A stretch of DNA of 64,000 bases from Basidiobolus meristosporus CBS 931.73 (lineage: Eukaryota; Fungi; Basidiobolomycota), in contig MCFE01000037.1 of the NCBI GenBank assembly GCA_002104905.1, forward strand, positions 1-64,000, read 5' to 3'. The notes below the pieces were generated by a model that was given only the letters and a program-made list of their open reading frames with translations, did no database searches and was not told where the DNA came from. The translations under genes and the position numbers were made by a program. Positions 35,243 to 45,951 of the stretch are shown here, in pieces; the first letter of the stretch is position 1; every line of letters starts with the position of its first letter.

Positions 35243-38230
35243 TTAATTGATTACTTGGGTCGTCTTCTTTACGCGCTTTACTACTTGTTCATCTTCCTTG
35301 TCCAAGTTCTTGCCTTTCACCACTCGGGTCGTTTCTTGCTTCGTAACGCTCAATCCAGGTATATGTGGCTCGACTAAATCCATGCGGAGTTTCTGACGCA
35401 TTCCACCAGATCCTCCCCCGACAAGATCCTCGTCAACTGTGAGCTGAACAGTGACCTTACTGAAGAGCTTAATGCTGACACTGGAGTCGTTTGCGTCCAA
35501 GCTATCAGTGGTGGTGTTGTATGTGAAGTACGGCGTATCCTTGGAATCCGTTGGGTTGGCGTGGACTATGCTCTCGATACCGTAACGAGGTACCAAAACA
35601 ATGAATCCGTTCTTCAAAACACGGGTAACATAGCCTTCTTCCTGGACTAATTTGCCTCGGAAGAAAAGATTTGTATACAACTCCACTGAGCTTCTAGAGG
35701 CGTGTTGAGCCATGCGATGGCGACGGTTCAGAACATCGCTGATCTTGCTCATTTTATCCTTATCGGTCAATTCTGCGGAGTAGGATCCTTCCACGCCGAT
35801 GCAGGCCGATAGTAATCTGTGAACCATGACATCGGCATATCTTCTAATGGGTGATGTGAAGTGTGTGTAGATTGGTGTGGCAAGACCGTAATGCACGAAC
35901 TCTTGCTGTGGCACCGTGCCGGATGAGAAATACACAGCTTGCATCATACAACGGGTTGTCATGATACGAAGTAGCTTGTTGAAGTAGGGGTCATCTGGGA
36001 TCACCGCGGTATCCAGGGAGTCGGCCAACGCCTTTGAAGACTCAATGTTGATCTTGAAGCCTAGGGCCTCGGTGGCCTTCAGAAGCTGCTCAAACTTGGA
36101 TTCGGGTGGAGTAGGGTGACGACGCAACATCGAAGAGTCCGGAAAGTGGGAGAAGATTTTCTTGGCGACTGAGATGTTAGCCAGCAACATGAATTCTTCG
36201 ACCAGTGCGTTGGTTTCCTTCAATTCCTTTAGCTCAACATCCACAGGGTCTTGGGAGTCATTTTCCAGGTTGAATCGAACCTCCGGACTGGCTAATGTAA
36301 GTGCTCCGCTGTTGATTCTGCTTTGTCTTAGTTTCTTGGCTAGGTTGTTGAGGATTCGAATTCCCTTAGTAAGGTCATCCTGCATGCGGGCATCATCGAT
36401 ACGTAACTGTGCTTCGTCATATGTCAACGAGGCCTTGGAGGCGATGATACTCTTGGTGAAGCGTACGTCTTGGATTTCCGCTTGTTCGTTAAGTTCCCAA
36501 ATGCAAGAGAATGCCAATCTGTCCACGTTGGATCTCAAGGAGCAAAGGTTGGTACCAAGAAGAGGAGGCAACATATCAATACGTCTATCAACCAGATACA
36601 CTGTGGTACCACGGCTAGCCGCTTCGTTATCCATGGCAGTTCCATTCTTAACAAAGTGGGTGACATCAGCGATGTGTACGCCAACCTCGTAGTTTCCGTT
36701 GGGTAGAGTTCGGACGTGAAGTGCATCATCAATGTCCGTACAGCCGGGTGGATCGATACTGCATACGTTCAAATGACGCAGGTCTGTTCTACGAGCAATC
36801 TCTTGCTCGCTGGCGATCCATTCGGTTCCTTCAGGGGGTAAATCGTTGAGAACTTGTTGCGAGAACTCATGATGAGGAACATCGTGTTCTAACAAAAGCA
36901 CCTCAGTCTCAGTATTGCGATCACCTGCTTCACCCAAAGCCTTAATGAAGTGACCAGCTGGATAGGTGGTGTTTTTTGCCCACGAGTCAATTGAAACAAT
37001 GATTCGCTGACCAAGAAGGTTATTTGCTTGACGGGTTCTGATCTTAATCTTCGGAACCCTTTGGTCAATAGGGACAAAGAGTACATTTTGGGGTGCGGTG
37101 GAGTTGTTGGCAATTCTAACGGATTTCTTCTCGATGAAGCCACAGTACGGGCGCCAGTTGCGTCTGATAATACCGACAACCTTGCCGGTAGGCTGGGCGC
37201 GTTCATTACTTTCACTGGATTCCGTTTGGGTGGCGGCTACATCTTCACTCTTTGCTTCCTTCGAGTCTTCGTTGGACTCTTCAACGTTCTTTTCGTCATC
37301 CTCATCAATGACAGCGGCTGAAGGTTGGGAGCTCTTCTTCCACTCAGATTTAGGGAGGAGTTTTACGGCGATGGTATCTCCATGCACAGCTCGGTTTAAA
37401 TTGGTTCTGCCAAGAATCATGATTTCTCTATCTTCACCTTCCACCATAGCATAGATAGTCCCTTCGAGGTAGTTGTGGAGACTAATATTTAGTGTGCCTT
37501 GATGCAGATTGCCTGCCTTGAGTCCAGAGGAGATTTGCAATGAGGTAAGATACTCCTCGTGCTGGAGCTTCTTATCAACTCCAACCTGGGCTGCTGCAGT
37601 CTCTGATTGAGCAATCATATCGAGTAATTCAGGCTTGTCGAGTGCTTCAATATATTCCCTAACGGAGCAGGTTGGTATTCCCTCCTCCTTAGCCTTGGCT
37701 CTGTTTGCGGCGTCGTCACTTAACAGGATCACTTTAAGGCCATCCTTCACTTCGATATCCTTCAGATGCTCATTGTACCATTTAGTGGCAACTCGAATGG
37801 CTCTATCGTTTCGATCGTTGGGCGATTCGTCCTTTATCCGCTCAACGTATGTATCTCTATTATGTTCATTGGAAAAAACATAGAAACGACGGTTAGTGTC
37901 GTTGATGACTGCTCTTAGTCTATTGTATACAGGCAAGCTAAGGTTGCGAAGCTCTTCTAGGACAGTTTGGAGTACGATAACATCGTAAAATAGTGGGTGC
38001 TCTACGATGTCAATTTGGTTCATGAAAATGTTCGTGTCGGGAATAATGTAGTGTTGGTGTTCAAACAAAGGATTCATTTGGGGTGAAAGGGAAAGTATGG
38101 GCTGTTCGTGCTTGCACACTTGGCAACCAGAGCACGAGCACCAAATGTCATCGCGAAGGTAATGCTCCTTAACTACGCGGACGACATTCCCCTTCTTCGT
38201 ACGCTTGACAAAAGACTTTGAACGCAACAT
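35243..38230 (-). CDS. DIS3: Exosome catalytic subunit Dis3/Rrp44
   Basis: Intronless 995 aa. It has the N-terminal HYLRDDI.C motif, PIN domain (PDTN...NDRNDRAIR), RNB catalytic SIDPPGCTDIDDALH, and HFTSPIRRY. Confidence 0.98.
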   Translation of the reverse strand: MLRSKSFVKRTKKGNVVRVVKEHYLRDDIWCSCSGCQVCKHEQPILSLSPQMNPLFEHQHYIIPDTNIFMNQIDIVEHPLFYDVIVLQTVLEELRNLSLPVYNRLRAVINDTNRRFYVFSNEHNRDTYVERIKDESPNDRNDRAIRVATKWYNEHLKDIEVKDGLKVILLSDDAANRAKAKEEGIPTCSVREYIEALDKPELLDMIAQSETAAAQVGVDKKLQHEEYLTSLQISSGLKAGNLHQGTLNISLHNYLEGTIYAMVEGEDREIMILGRTNLNRAVHGDTIAVKLLPKSEWKKSSQPSAAVIDEDDEKNVEESNEDSKEAKSEDVAATQTESSESNERAQPTGKVVGIIRRNWRPYCGFIEKKSVRIANNSTAPQNVLFVPIDQRVPKIKIRTRQANNLLGQRIIVSIDSWAKNTTYPAGHFIKALGEAGDRNTETEVLLLEHDVPHHEFSQQVLNDLPPEGTEWIASEQEIARRTDLRHLNVCSIDPPGCTDIDDALHVRTLPNGNYEVGVHIADVTHFVKNGTAMDNEAASRGTTVYLVDRRIDMLPPLLGTNLCSLRSNVDRLAFSCIWELNEQAEIQDVRFTKSIIASKASLTYDEAQLRIDDARMQDDLTKGIRILNNLAKKLRQSRINSGALTLASPEVRFNLENDSQDPVDVELKELKETNALVEEFMLLANISVAKKIFSHFPDSSMLRRHPTPPESKFEQLLKATEALGFKINIESSKALADSLDTAVIPDDPYFNKLLRIMTTRCMMQAVYFSSGTVPQQEFVHYGLATPIYTHFTSPIRRYADVMVHRLLSACIGVEGSYSAELTDKDKMSKISDVLNRRHRMAQHASRSSVELYTNLFFRGKLVQEEGYVTRVLKNGFIVLVPRYGIESIVHANPTDSKDTPYFTYNTTTDSLDANDSSVSIKLFSKVTVQLTVDEDLVGGGSGGMRQKLRMDLVEPHIPGLSVTKQETTRVVKGKNLDKEDEQVVKRVKKTTQVIN

Positions 38231-38599
38231 GTTTCAATATAATACGAGGCACGTTAAAATCCTGAGAAAAGCCAAGTGGAAAATCCCCTTTGTCTCAAGT
38301 ACACTAGCGTCTCCCAGCGTACTTTGCCAAAAAAAGGAAAAAAAAAGAAGCAAAAAAAGTATCCATGCAATTGACAGATCTCGCTTCCAATCTCCAAGTA
38401 TATCGTTCTAGGATACTCTACCACGGAAATGATGTTGGCGATTTGTCACTCAGAATCAGTTGAATCAAATAGTAAACAAAGCAAAAAATGATTTGGATAA
38501 TCTATACGTACACGGCTTCGGAATTAGGAACTCATACCCTAACATACTTTTACTACTTTGTGAATATCTATTCAGCTTCGAGTTCCCTACCAAGTAGTC

Positions 38600-39181
38600 A
38601 TGTCCATGTACGGTGACGAAGCATACAAGCTCGCAAAGGAAGCAAAGCGCGCCAGTGAACGGCTACCCCCATACAACGAAGAATTGGTGCGAAATGTATG
38701 TCGAGAGATTCGGATTCTTTTTGATGATCTGCAACGTGCGATGCAAGATAAAGAATATCGCACACAGGCTGATAATGGACGCCGTTGCGCTGCCCTTATA
38801 CAACATACAAGCCTTCGTCGCAACAAACGATGCTTACTTGCATATCACAAGCAACGCTTAGAGCGCGTGAAAGAAATAGCCTGGGCAATTGGAGAAGTAC
38901 CAGAAGACATCCAAGACAACCTATCATCCAACGAAATCGAAGCCTTCAAAGAGTATAAGCATATCTTGCAAGAATACGACCAACAATACCTTCCCATCAA
39001 TCTCATGTCGGATCTCCAACCACCCAAAGACCTCTATATTGAAGTGAGAGTCCTTAAAGATTGTGGCGAGATTCAGACCGACAACGGAGCCATTAGGCTG
39101 GAGAAGAATAGCCAGCACTTTATCAAAAAGACAGACGTAGAGCGATTTATTGCACAAGGATACATTAAACACATAGGCTAA
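38600..39181 (+). CDS. PSF1: GINS complex subunit Psf1
   Basis: MYGDEAYKL.KE, LPPYNEELVR, RNKRCLLAYH..RL and PPKDLYIEVRVLKDCGEIQT; divergent from DIS3. Confidence 0.95.
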   Translation: MSMYGDEAYKLAKEAKRASERLPPYNEELVRNVCREIRILFDDLQRAMQDKEYRTQADNGRRCAALIQHTSLRRNKRCLLAYHKQRLERVKEIAWAIGEVPEDIQDNLSSNEIEAFKEYKHILQEYDQQYLPINLMSDLQPPKDLYIEVRVLKDCGEIQTDNGAIRLEKNSQHFIKKTDVERFIAQGYIKHIG

Positions 39182-39635
39182 ACCTCAACCTAGTGTCAAC
39201 GACTCATGTTAGTAGGGATGTTGAAAGCCCATAATGGTCGGCATCACGAGGTAGCTACAGATCAGGCGTCGCTGGGGCCACTCTTGAAAGAATACCTTTT
39301 GTTTGGGATTTCGGAGCGTTCATTAGACATTGTGTCTACACATGAGCCTCGATTGACTTCAAAATAAATGATGTTACGCGCACCAGAGTCCGAGGATAGT
39401 GGTCGCAGCATTAGGCGGCACAACTGTGCTAATTAATGAAATCGGAGAGTTTTTTCGGAGTGAATGGGAACGTATTGAAACAAAAGCCAATCATATAGAG
39501 GAGATTTTACATTGGCTCCTGCATCGGAGACAAAGGAGAATCAAAAGGTTCGGAACGTGGGCTGTTTCGCGGAGGAAGCGCTGCCTATAAAAGATTAGCC
39601 CGCTTGTTGCATCGATCCTCCGATTTATTTACGAG

Positions 39636-40182
39636 ATGAAAACCGAATTTCCTTCGCTTCTCCAGTTCGGTATGGGTGTTGCCTACATCGTCGGATACGT
39701 GGGTGGTTCACATGTAGATATAGAGAGTTGAAGCGCCGTACTGATCGTTTCTTATTCCAGCAGAAACCTCAGCCCCAGCCCGTAGCCACTCTCAAAAACG
39801 AGATCTCCAACTGGATCTCCAACTTTATAGATCGCGCATACTTGGTGTTATCACCTGATCCATCAGCTCCGCGCCCCGTGAAAAAATCGCCAAGCACCCG
39901 CTCTGGTCACAGTAGAGCTAGGGAAACAATCGCTATCCCACATGTTCCCAGGAAGAAGAGACGCAGCCTCAATGAGGTTCAAGCGCAGCTGATCTACAAT
40001 ATCGAATTCAAGTGTAAGTGAGAATGAGCCAGTCATCGCCCATTCCTTTTCTAAACACCACCTCGGTATCAGGGCAAACAAAGCAATACCTGCTCAATTG
40101 GGGGTTTGATGGAAGAATGATCTTGCCCCCGTCGCTTCAGCCGATTCCCAGCCCCAGGGCCTTCATACTCAATCACCGTTAA
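39636..40182 (+). CDS. Hypothetical ~150-aa protein, 3 predicted exons
   Basis: Can be spliced with GT-AG introns to MKTEFPSLLQFGMGVAYIVGYVGGSH|QKPQPQ...RKKRRSLNEVQAQLIYNIEFK|WQTKQYLLNWGFDG...*. No family recognised. Confidence 0.4.
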
Positions 40183-41373
40183 GCTTGCTGATCATTTCAT
40201 TTCAACGCTGTTCGGGCGGTTACACAATTGGCTCCAAACCATAGAGATATCACCCTCACGCTTTATTACATATTTATGTGACATGACCACTCTCACCTTC
40301 TAATTCACACGTTTTCAAGTTGACCTTGTACTCGCATTTCCCACTATAGTTACATTGGATAGATACAATGATACTACTGATTATCGCTCCATTCGAACTA
40401 CGCTTACGATAAATATCGGAAGAACAGTGCTTAATTCAAAGAGTGACTTTCATCACTTGCCGGGATCCTGAAGCTGGGAATCCTAGTTGATTTTTGCCAT
40501 TCCTATTAGTCTAGGCCATGCTCATGACTAATGATTCCAGGCTAAGCTTGCCCGGATTGAGGAATAATTAATAGAGCTTTCAGAGTTCTTCAAAAGATTT
40601 TGACGTTATAGCTCGCAGGCATGAAGTGTGACCTGATAAGACTAATCGAGGCAATTGACTTGGTAATTGAAAAGTAACTCTATATCTCCAAACTCGCCCA
40701 TCATGATGATGAATTAGGACTTCCCCGACAGAACTGAGGCCGAGATTACAATATACAGTAACATTGATGTATAAGCCACACCAAATATATGTAAACATGA
40801 TATACGTAATCAGCAACTCCACGTTTATAAGACAAAATAGGAAGTGGCCGCTCTTTGGAAGTACTAGCGGAACTCGAAGAATTCTCCATATCGAGTACGG
40901 GGAAGAATTAATTTATTTAGACTAAATACCAACATACTAATTCCAAAATGAATATAGAAATGATCATCCGAAAATTTAAAGTTGGGTAATACCGAGCCAC
41001 TGCCGGAAAGGGCGATGAAAGCGGAGTAAATTGTGGTACAAAACGACTAATTCTATGTAACCACTCAAAATGCTCATCTTAATGCCTGAGCGAAAAAATT
41101 GATCGAAGCCGAAAAAGCTGTCACTGGTAACCATAAGCGTAACAGTTCCATGGAACCTATAGAAAATAATATATTTGGCTAAATTTGTCTGCCAAACGGA
41201 GTAGTAATTGCTTCAACACAAGCCTGAATGTGATACCAGACTACAACCAACGATTGGTAGATTACAGTCTGCGAAATATCATAACATGAATGCCAGAAAT
41301 GATTCAAAGACTTGGAAGAAGTATAAATATGATCCATTTCATGTAAAGCAAATCAGTTCTCTCAATTAACATT

Positions 41374-43059
41374 ATGGTTGCAATTAAATTACTATCCGCC
41401 GTTTCTCTCCTCGCCGCCACTTCCATGGCTTGGGTTTGGCCCTTGCCTGAGAAGATGGAAATCGGTGAGAGCATCCTGACCGTCAGACATGGCTTCGATA
41501 TCGACATCGAGGCGAAGTCCGGAAGAGACATCCTGCGCAGGGCTGTCAAGCGCTACAAAAAGATCATCTTCAACACTGGCGAGTTCGGTGACTTGTTGCA
41601 CCCAGTCACCAAAACTGTGTTCCCCACCCCTACTCCCAACGTGCCGATCCACGAGCCCATCCCCGAGGCCAAGACCACTCGCATCAAGGGTCTTGTCATC
41701 AAGGTCAAGGGGAAGAACACGAAACTGAACCTTGACACCGACGAGTCATACACTCTTGATGTCCCAGCTGATGGCTCACGCGCTGTCATTGAGGCAGAGA
41801 GTGTGTACGGAGCTCTCCGTGGTTTGGAGTCCTTCTCTCAACTCGTTCACTGGAGCAGTGATGTCAACCAACACCGCATCCCCATGGCCCCAGTCAAGAT
41901 CGAGGACAAGCCTGCCTTCCCCCATCGTGGTTTCCTCATCGATACCTCTCGTAACTACCTCCCTGTTGACGACATCAAGCGCATCTTGGATGGCATGTCC
42001 TACAACAAGCTCAACATCTTCCATTGGCACGTCATTGACCAGCACAGCTTCCCCCTCATGACCAAGACTTACCCTGAGCTGGCCATCCACGGAGCCTACA
42101 CCAAGAAGTGGATCTATGATGAGGATGATGTCCGTGAGATTGTCCGCTATGCCAAGGACAGAGCCATCCGTGTGATTCCTGAGTTCGATATTCCAGGCCA
42201 TGCTTACTCCTGGGGTCTGGCTATGCCTGACATCGTCAACTGCATGAACATGCAGCCCGATTGGGACACCTATGCCGCCGAGCCCAACAGCGGACAACTG
42301 GACATCATCAACCCCAAGACTGATGAGGTTGTCCAGAACTTCCTCAAGGAAGTCGCCCAATGGTTCGATGACGACTTCATCCACATCGGTGGTGACGAGG
42401 TCAACATGAAGTGTTGGGAGATCACTCCAGGATACCCCGAGTATCTTGAGAAGCACAACAAGACCATGGAGGATGTGCTCTCCGACTTCGTCATCAAGAC
42501 CCACAAATGGGTCCGTGAGAACAACAAGACCCCCATCACCTGGCAAGAGGCCCTCACCAGTCACAACATCTCCATGGAGAAGGATGTTGCCGTCCAAGTA
42601 TGGCTCAGCCCTGAGGATGCTATTGATGTTGTCCGTGCTGGACACAGAGTGATTTCATCCAGCTATGAAAGATGGTATCTTGACTGCGGTCACGGTGGCT
42701 GGATCAGTGACAACGAAGGCAACTCGTGGTGCGATCCCTTCAAGAGCTGGCAAAAGGCCTACAACTACGACATCACAGCCAACATGACTGCTGAGGAGGC
42801 CAAGCTGGTTATTGGCGGTGAGGCTCCTGCCTGGGCCGAACAAATCGACCCCATGAACATTCACCAAACCTTGTGGCCACGTGGTGCAGCTGTTGCCGAG
42901 GTTCTCTGGTCCGGCATCAAGCTTGAGGACGGCACCTACCGCAAGACCGGTGATGTGTTCCCACGTATTCATGAGCAAAGAGCACGCATGGTTGACCGTG
43001 GTCTTCCTGCCGAGCCTTTGCAACCTTTGTGGTGTGCCCGCAACCCCAGAAATTGCTAA
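41374..43059 (+). CDS. Secreted GH20 beta-N-acetylhexosaminidase, copy 1 (allotype A)
   Basis: Signal peptide, HRGFLIDTSRNY, catalytic HIGGDE, WYLDCGHGGW, GGEAPAWAEQ. TATAAATA at 41322. Confidence 0.97.
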   Translation: MVAIKLLSAVSLLAATSMAWVWPLPEKMEIGESILTVRHGFDIDIEAKSGRDILRRAVKRYKKIIFNTGEFGDLLHPVTKTVFPTPTPNVPIHEPIPEAKTTRIKGLVIKVKGKNTKLNLDTDESYTLDVPADGSRAVIEAESVYGALRGLESFSQLVHWSSDVNQHRIPMAPVKIEDKPAFPHRGFLIDTSRNYLPVDDIKRILDGMSYNKLNIFHWHVIDQHSFPLMTKTYPELAIHGAYTKKWIYDEDDVREIVRYAKDRAIRVIPEFDIPGHAYSWGLAMPDIVNCMNMQPDWDTYAAEPNSGQLDIINPKTDEVVQNFLKEVAQWFDDDFIHIGGDEVNMKCWEITPGYPEYLEKHNKTMEDVLSDFVIKTHKWVRENNKTPITWQEALTSHNISMEKDVAVQVWLSPEDAIDVVRAGHRVISSSYERWYLDCGHGGWISDNEGNSWCDPFKSWQKAYNYDITANMTAEEAKLVIGGEAPAWAEQIDPMNIHQTLWPRGAAVAEVLWSGIKLEDGTYRKTGDVFPRIHEQRARMVDRGLPAEPLQPLWCARNPRNC

Positions 43060-43659
43060 ATATTATATCCTAACCTTGATTAGGGGCTTTCAGTACAATG
43101 CTCGTGTAGTACTCCCCTAGTTTCGTTTTGTATTCACATTGACTTGATATTTCTATTACGATTATATATAAATTCCATTCTTTACTGAAATCAGATTGAC
43201 GACCGTAAACTTGAAAAGCTCTGTTCTCAAGATACATAGAGTATACAGTGCACTCAAATATGTGAATCATGAAACATGAAATATACTCTTGAGACTAATC
43301 GCTATGGACTCCAACTGGATGAGAATCAAGCTGCTTGTATATATCACAGTTAATTTCTATTTTTGCAAGTGTAGCTAGTGTAACCAAGTTTGTCGGTGAT
43401 CCAAACTACGTCGAATTCGGAACGATTGTCAAAATAGACATATTTTTTGACCAATACGCCCTGGATGTTCGTTGCGACGAACTCGGAAAGGAAGTGATTT
43501 CTATTTCGGGAAGTAAGCGACTGATCAGCTGATTTTTAGAGTAGGGTGTAATTTTCCCGAATTAGTTATATTACGTTGCTCCAGATACTTCATTTCAATG
43601 GTCAGATCGGTATAAATATGGAGCTCAGTCCTAGGTGGTAATCAAAAGTTCTCATTTCA

Positions 43660-45345
43660 ATGGTTGCCATTAAGCTTCTCTCCGCCGTCTCACTATTCGC
43701 CGCCACTTCCATGGCTTGGGTTTGGCCCTTGCCTGAGAAGATGGAAATCGGTGAGAGCATCCTGACCGTTAGACATGGCTTCGATATCGACATCGAGGCT
43801 AAGTCCGGAAGAGATATCCTGCGCAGGGCTGTCAAGCGCTACAAGAAGATCATCTTCAACACTGGTGAATATGGTGATCTACTGCACCCAGTCACCAAAA
43901 CTGTGTTCCCCACCCCTACTCCCAACGTGCCGATCCACGAGCCCATCCCCGAGGCCAAGACCACCCGCATCAAGGGTCTTGTCATCAGAGTCAATGGTAA
44001 GAACACTGACTTGAACATCGAGACCGATGAGTCCTACAAACTTGACGTCCCAGCTGATGGCTCAGAGGCTGTCATCGAGGCCGAGACCGTGTACGGAGCT
44101 CTGCGTGGTTTGGAGTCCTTCTCTCAACTTGTTCACTGGAGCAGTGATGTCAACCAACACCGCATCCCCATGGCCCCAGTCAAGATCGAGGACAAGCCTG
44201 CCTTCCCCCATCGTGGTTTCCTCATCGATACCTCTCGTAACTACCTCCCTATCGCTGACATCAAGCGCATCTTGGATGGCATGTCCTACAACAAGCTCAA
44301 CATCTTCCATTGGCACGTCATTGACCAGCACAGCTTCCCCCTCATGACCAAGACCTACCCTGAGCTGGCCATCCACGGAGCCTACACCAAGAAGTGGATC
44401 TACGATGAGGATGATGTCCGTGAGATTGTCCGCTATGCCAAGGACAGAGCCATCCGTGTGATTCCTGAGTTCGATATTCCAGGCCATGCTTACTCCTGGG
44501 GTCTGGCTATGCCCGACATCGTCAACTGCATGAACATGCAGCCCGACTGGGACACCTATGCCGCCGAGCCCAACAGCGGTCAACTGGACATCATCAACCC
44601 CAAGACTGATGAGGTTGTCCAGAACTTCCTCAAGGAAGTCGCCCAATGGTTCGATGACGACTTCATCCACATCGGTGGTGACGAGGTCAACATGAAGTGT
44701 TGGGAGATCACTCCAGGATACCCCGAGTATCTTGAGAAGCACAACAAGACCATGGAGGATGTGCTCTCCGACTTCGTCATCAAGACCCACAACTGGGTCC
44801 GCGACAACAAGAAGACCCCCATCACCTGGCAAGAGGCCCTCACCAGTCACAACATCTCCATGGAGAAGGATGTTGCCGTCCAAGTATGGCTCAGCCCTGC
44901 GGATGCTATAGATGTTGTCCGTGCTGGACACAGAGTGATTTCATCCAGCTATGAAAGATGGTATCTTGACTGCGGTCATGGTGGCTGGATCAGTGACAAC
45001 GAAGGCAACTCATGGTGTGACCCACACAAGAGCTGGCAAAAGGCATACAACTACGACATCACAGCCAACATGACTGCTGAGGAGGCCAAGCTGGTTATTG
45101 GCGGTGAGGCTCCTGCCTGGGCCGAACAAATCGATACCACCAACATTGATCGTACCTTGTGGCCACGTGGTGCAGCTGTTGCCGAGGTTCTCTGGTCCGG
45201 CATCAAGCTTGAGGATGGCACCTACCGCAAGACCGGTGATGTGTTCCCACGTATTCATGAGCAAAGAGCACGCATGGTTGATCGTGGCATTCGTGCTGTA
45301 CCTTTGCAACCTTTGTGGTGTGCTCGTAACCCACGCAATTGCTAA
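43660..45345 (+). CDS. Secreted GH20 beta-N-acetylhexosaminidase, copy 2 (allotype B)
   Basis: Same motifs as copy 1, 561 aa. TATAAATA at 43611. Confidence 0.97.
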   Translation: MVAIKLLSAVSLFAATSMAWVWPLPEKMEIGESILTVRHGFDIDIEAKSGRDILRRAVKRYKKIIFNTGEYGDLLHPVTKTVFPTPTPNVPIHEPIPEAKTTRIKGLVIRVNGKNTDLNIETDESYKLDVPADGSEAVIEAETVYGALRGLESFSQLVHWSSDVNQHRIPMAPVKIEDKPAFPHRGFLIDTSRNYLPIADIKRILDGMSYNKLNIFHWHVIDQHSFPLMTKTYPELAIHGAYTKKWIYDEDDVREIVRYAKDRAIRVIPEFDIPGHAYSWGLAMPDIVNCMNMQPDWDTYAAEPNSGQLDIINPKTDEVVQNFLKEVAQWFDDDFIHIGGDEVNMKCWEITPGYPEYLEKHNKTMEDVLSDFVIKTHNWVRDNKKTPITWQEALTSHNISMEKDVAVQVWLSPADAIDVVRAGHRVISSSYERWYLDCGHGGWISDNEGNSWCDPHKSWQKAYNYDITANMTAEEAKLVIGGEAPAWAEQIDTTNIDRTLWPRGAAVAEVLWSGIKLEDGTYRKTGDVFPRIHEQRARMVDRGIRAVPLQPLWCARNPRNC

Positions 45346-45951
45346 GATATGTAGCAAGATTATATCATTTGTAAAAGTTACATATTTTGGTTATATATAC
45401 TTTGAATCATCTGAGCTCAGACTGAAAATAAATAATTGGTGTTATTAAAAATAACTTGTATATTTCTTACAATTACTCTAAATGAAATTATTGACCCGGA
45501 GCACTAATATATAATATATTTCTGGGCCGTGTAACCATTACGCTGAAGTATTGTGCCTTACAAAGAATGTAACCAATATTTAGAATTCCGATCGTGACTT
45601 GTTCGTGGGAAAATTTGATTTTGATCGGTATCGTACATTATGATTAATCAATCATTCATCGATTTCTTCCATTCGGATCATTCACCAAACTAGGAATTCA
45701 TTAATATATTCTTTACAGAAGACCACCTCCGTTCAAATCCAGTTTGATGAAATTATGCCTTCTCCACAAATCGCAACATTATTTTATTTCCCAGGCCTAG
45801 ATGTCGCTTTTTGGGAATCGATTTGGCCTCCGCTACTTGAGGCGATTGAAAAGAATGGATGGAAAATCCAGGGCAGCTGGACACTTTCAATTTAATATCC
45901 ACTGAGCACTATAAATATGAGGGTCAGCATTGAAATGTGAAAACAATATCA

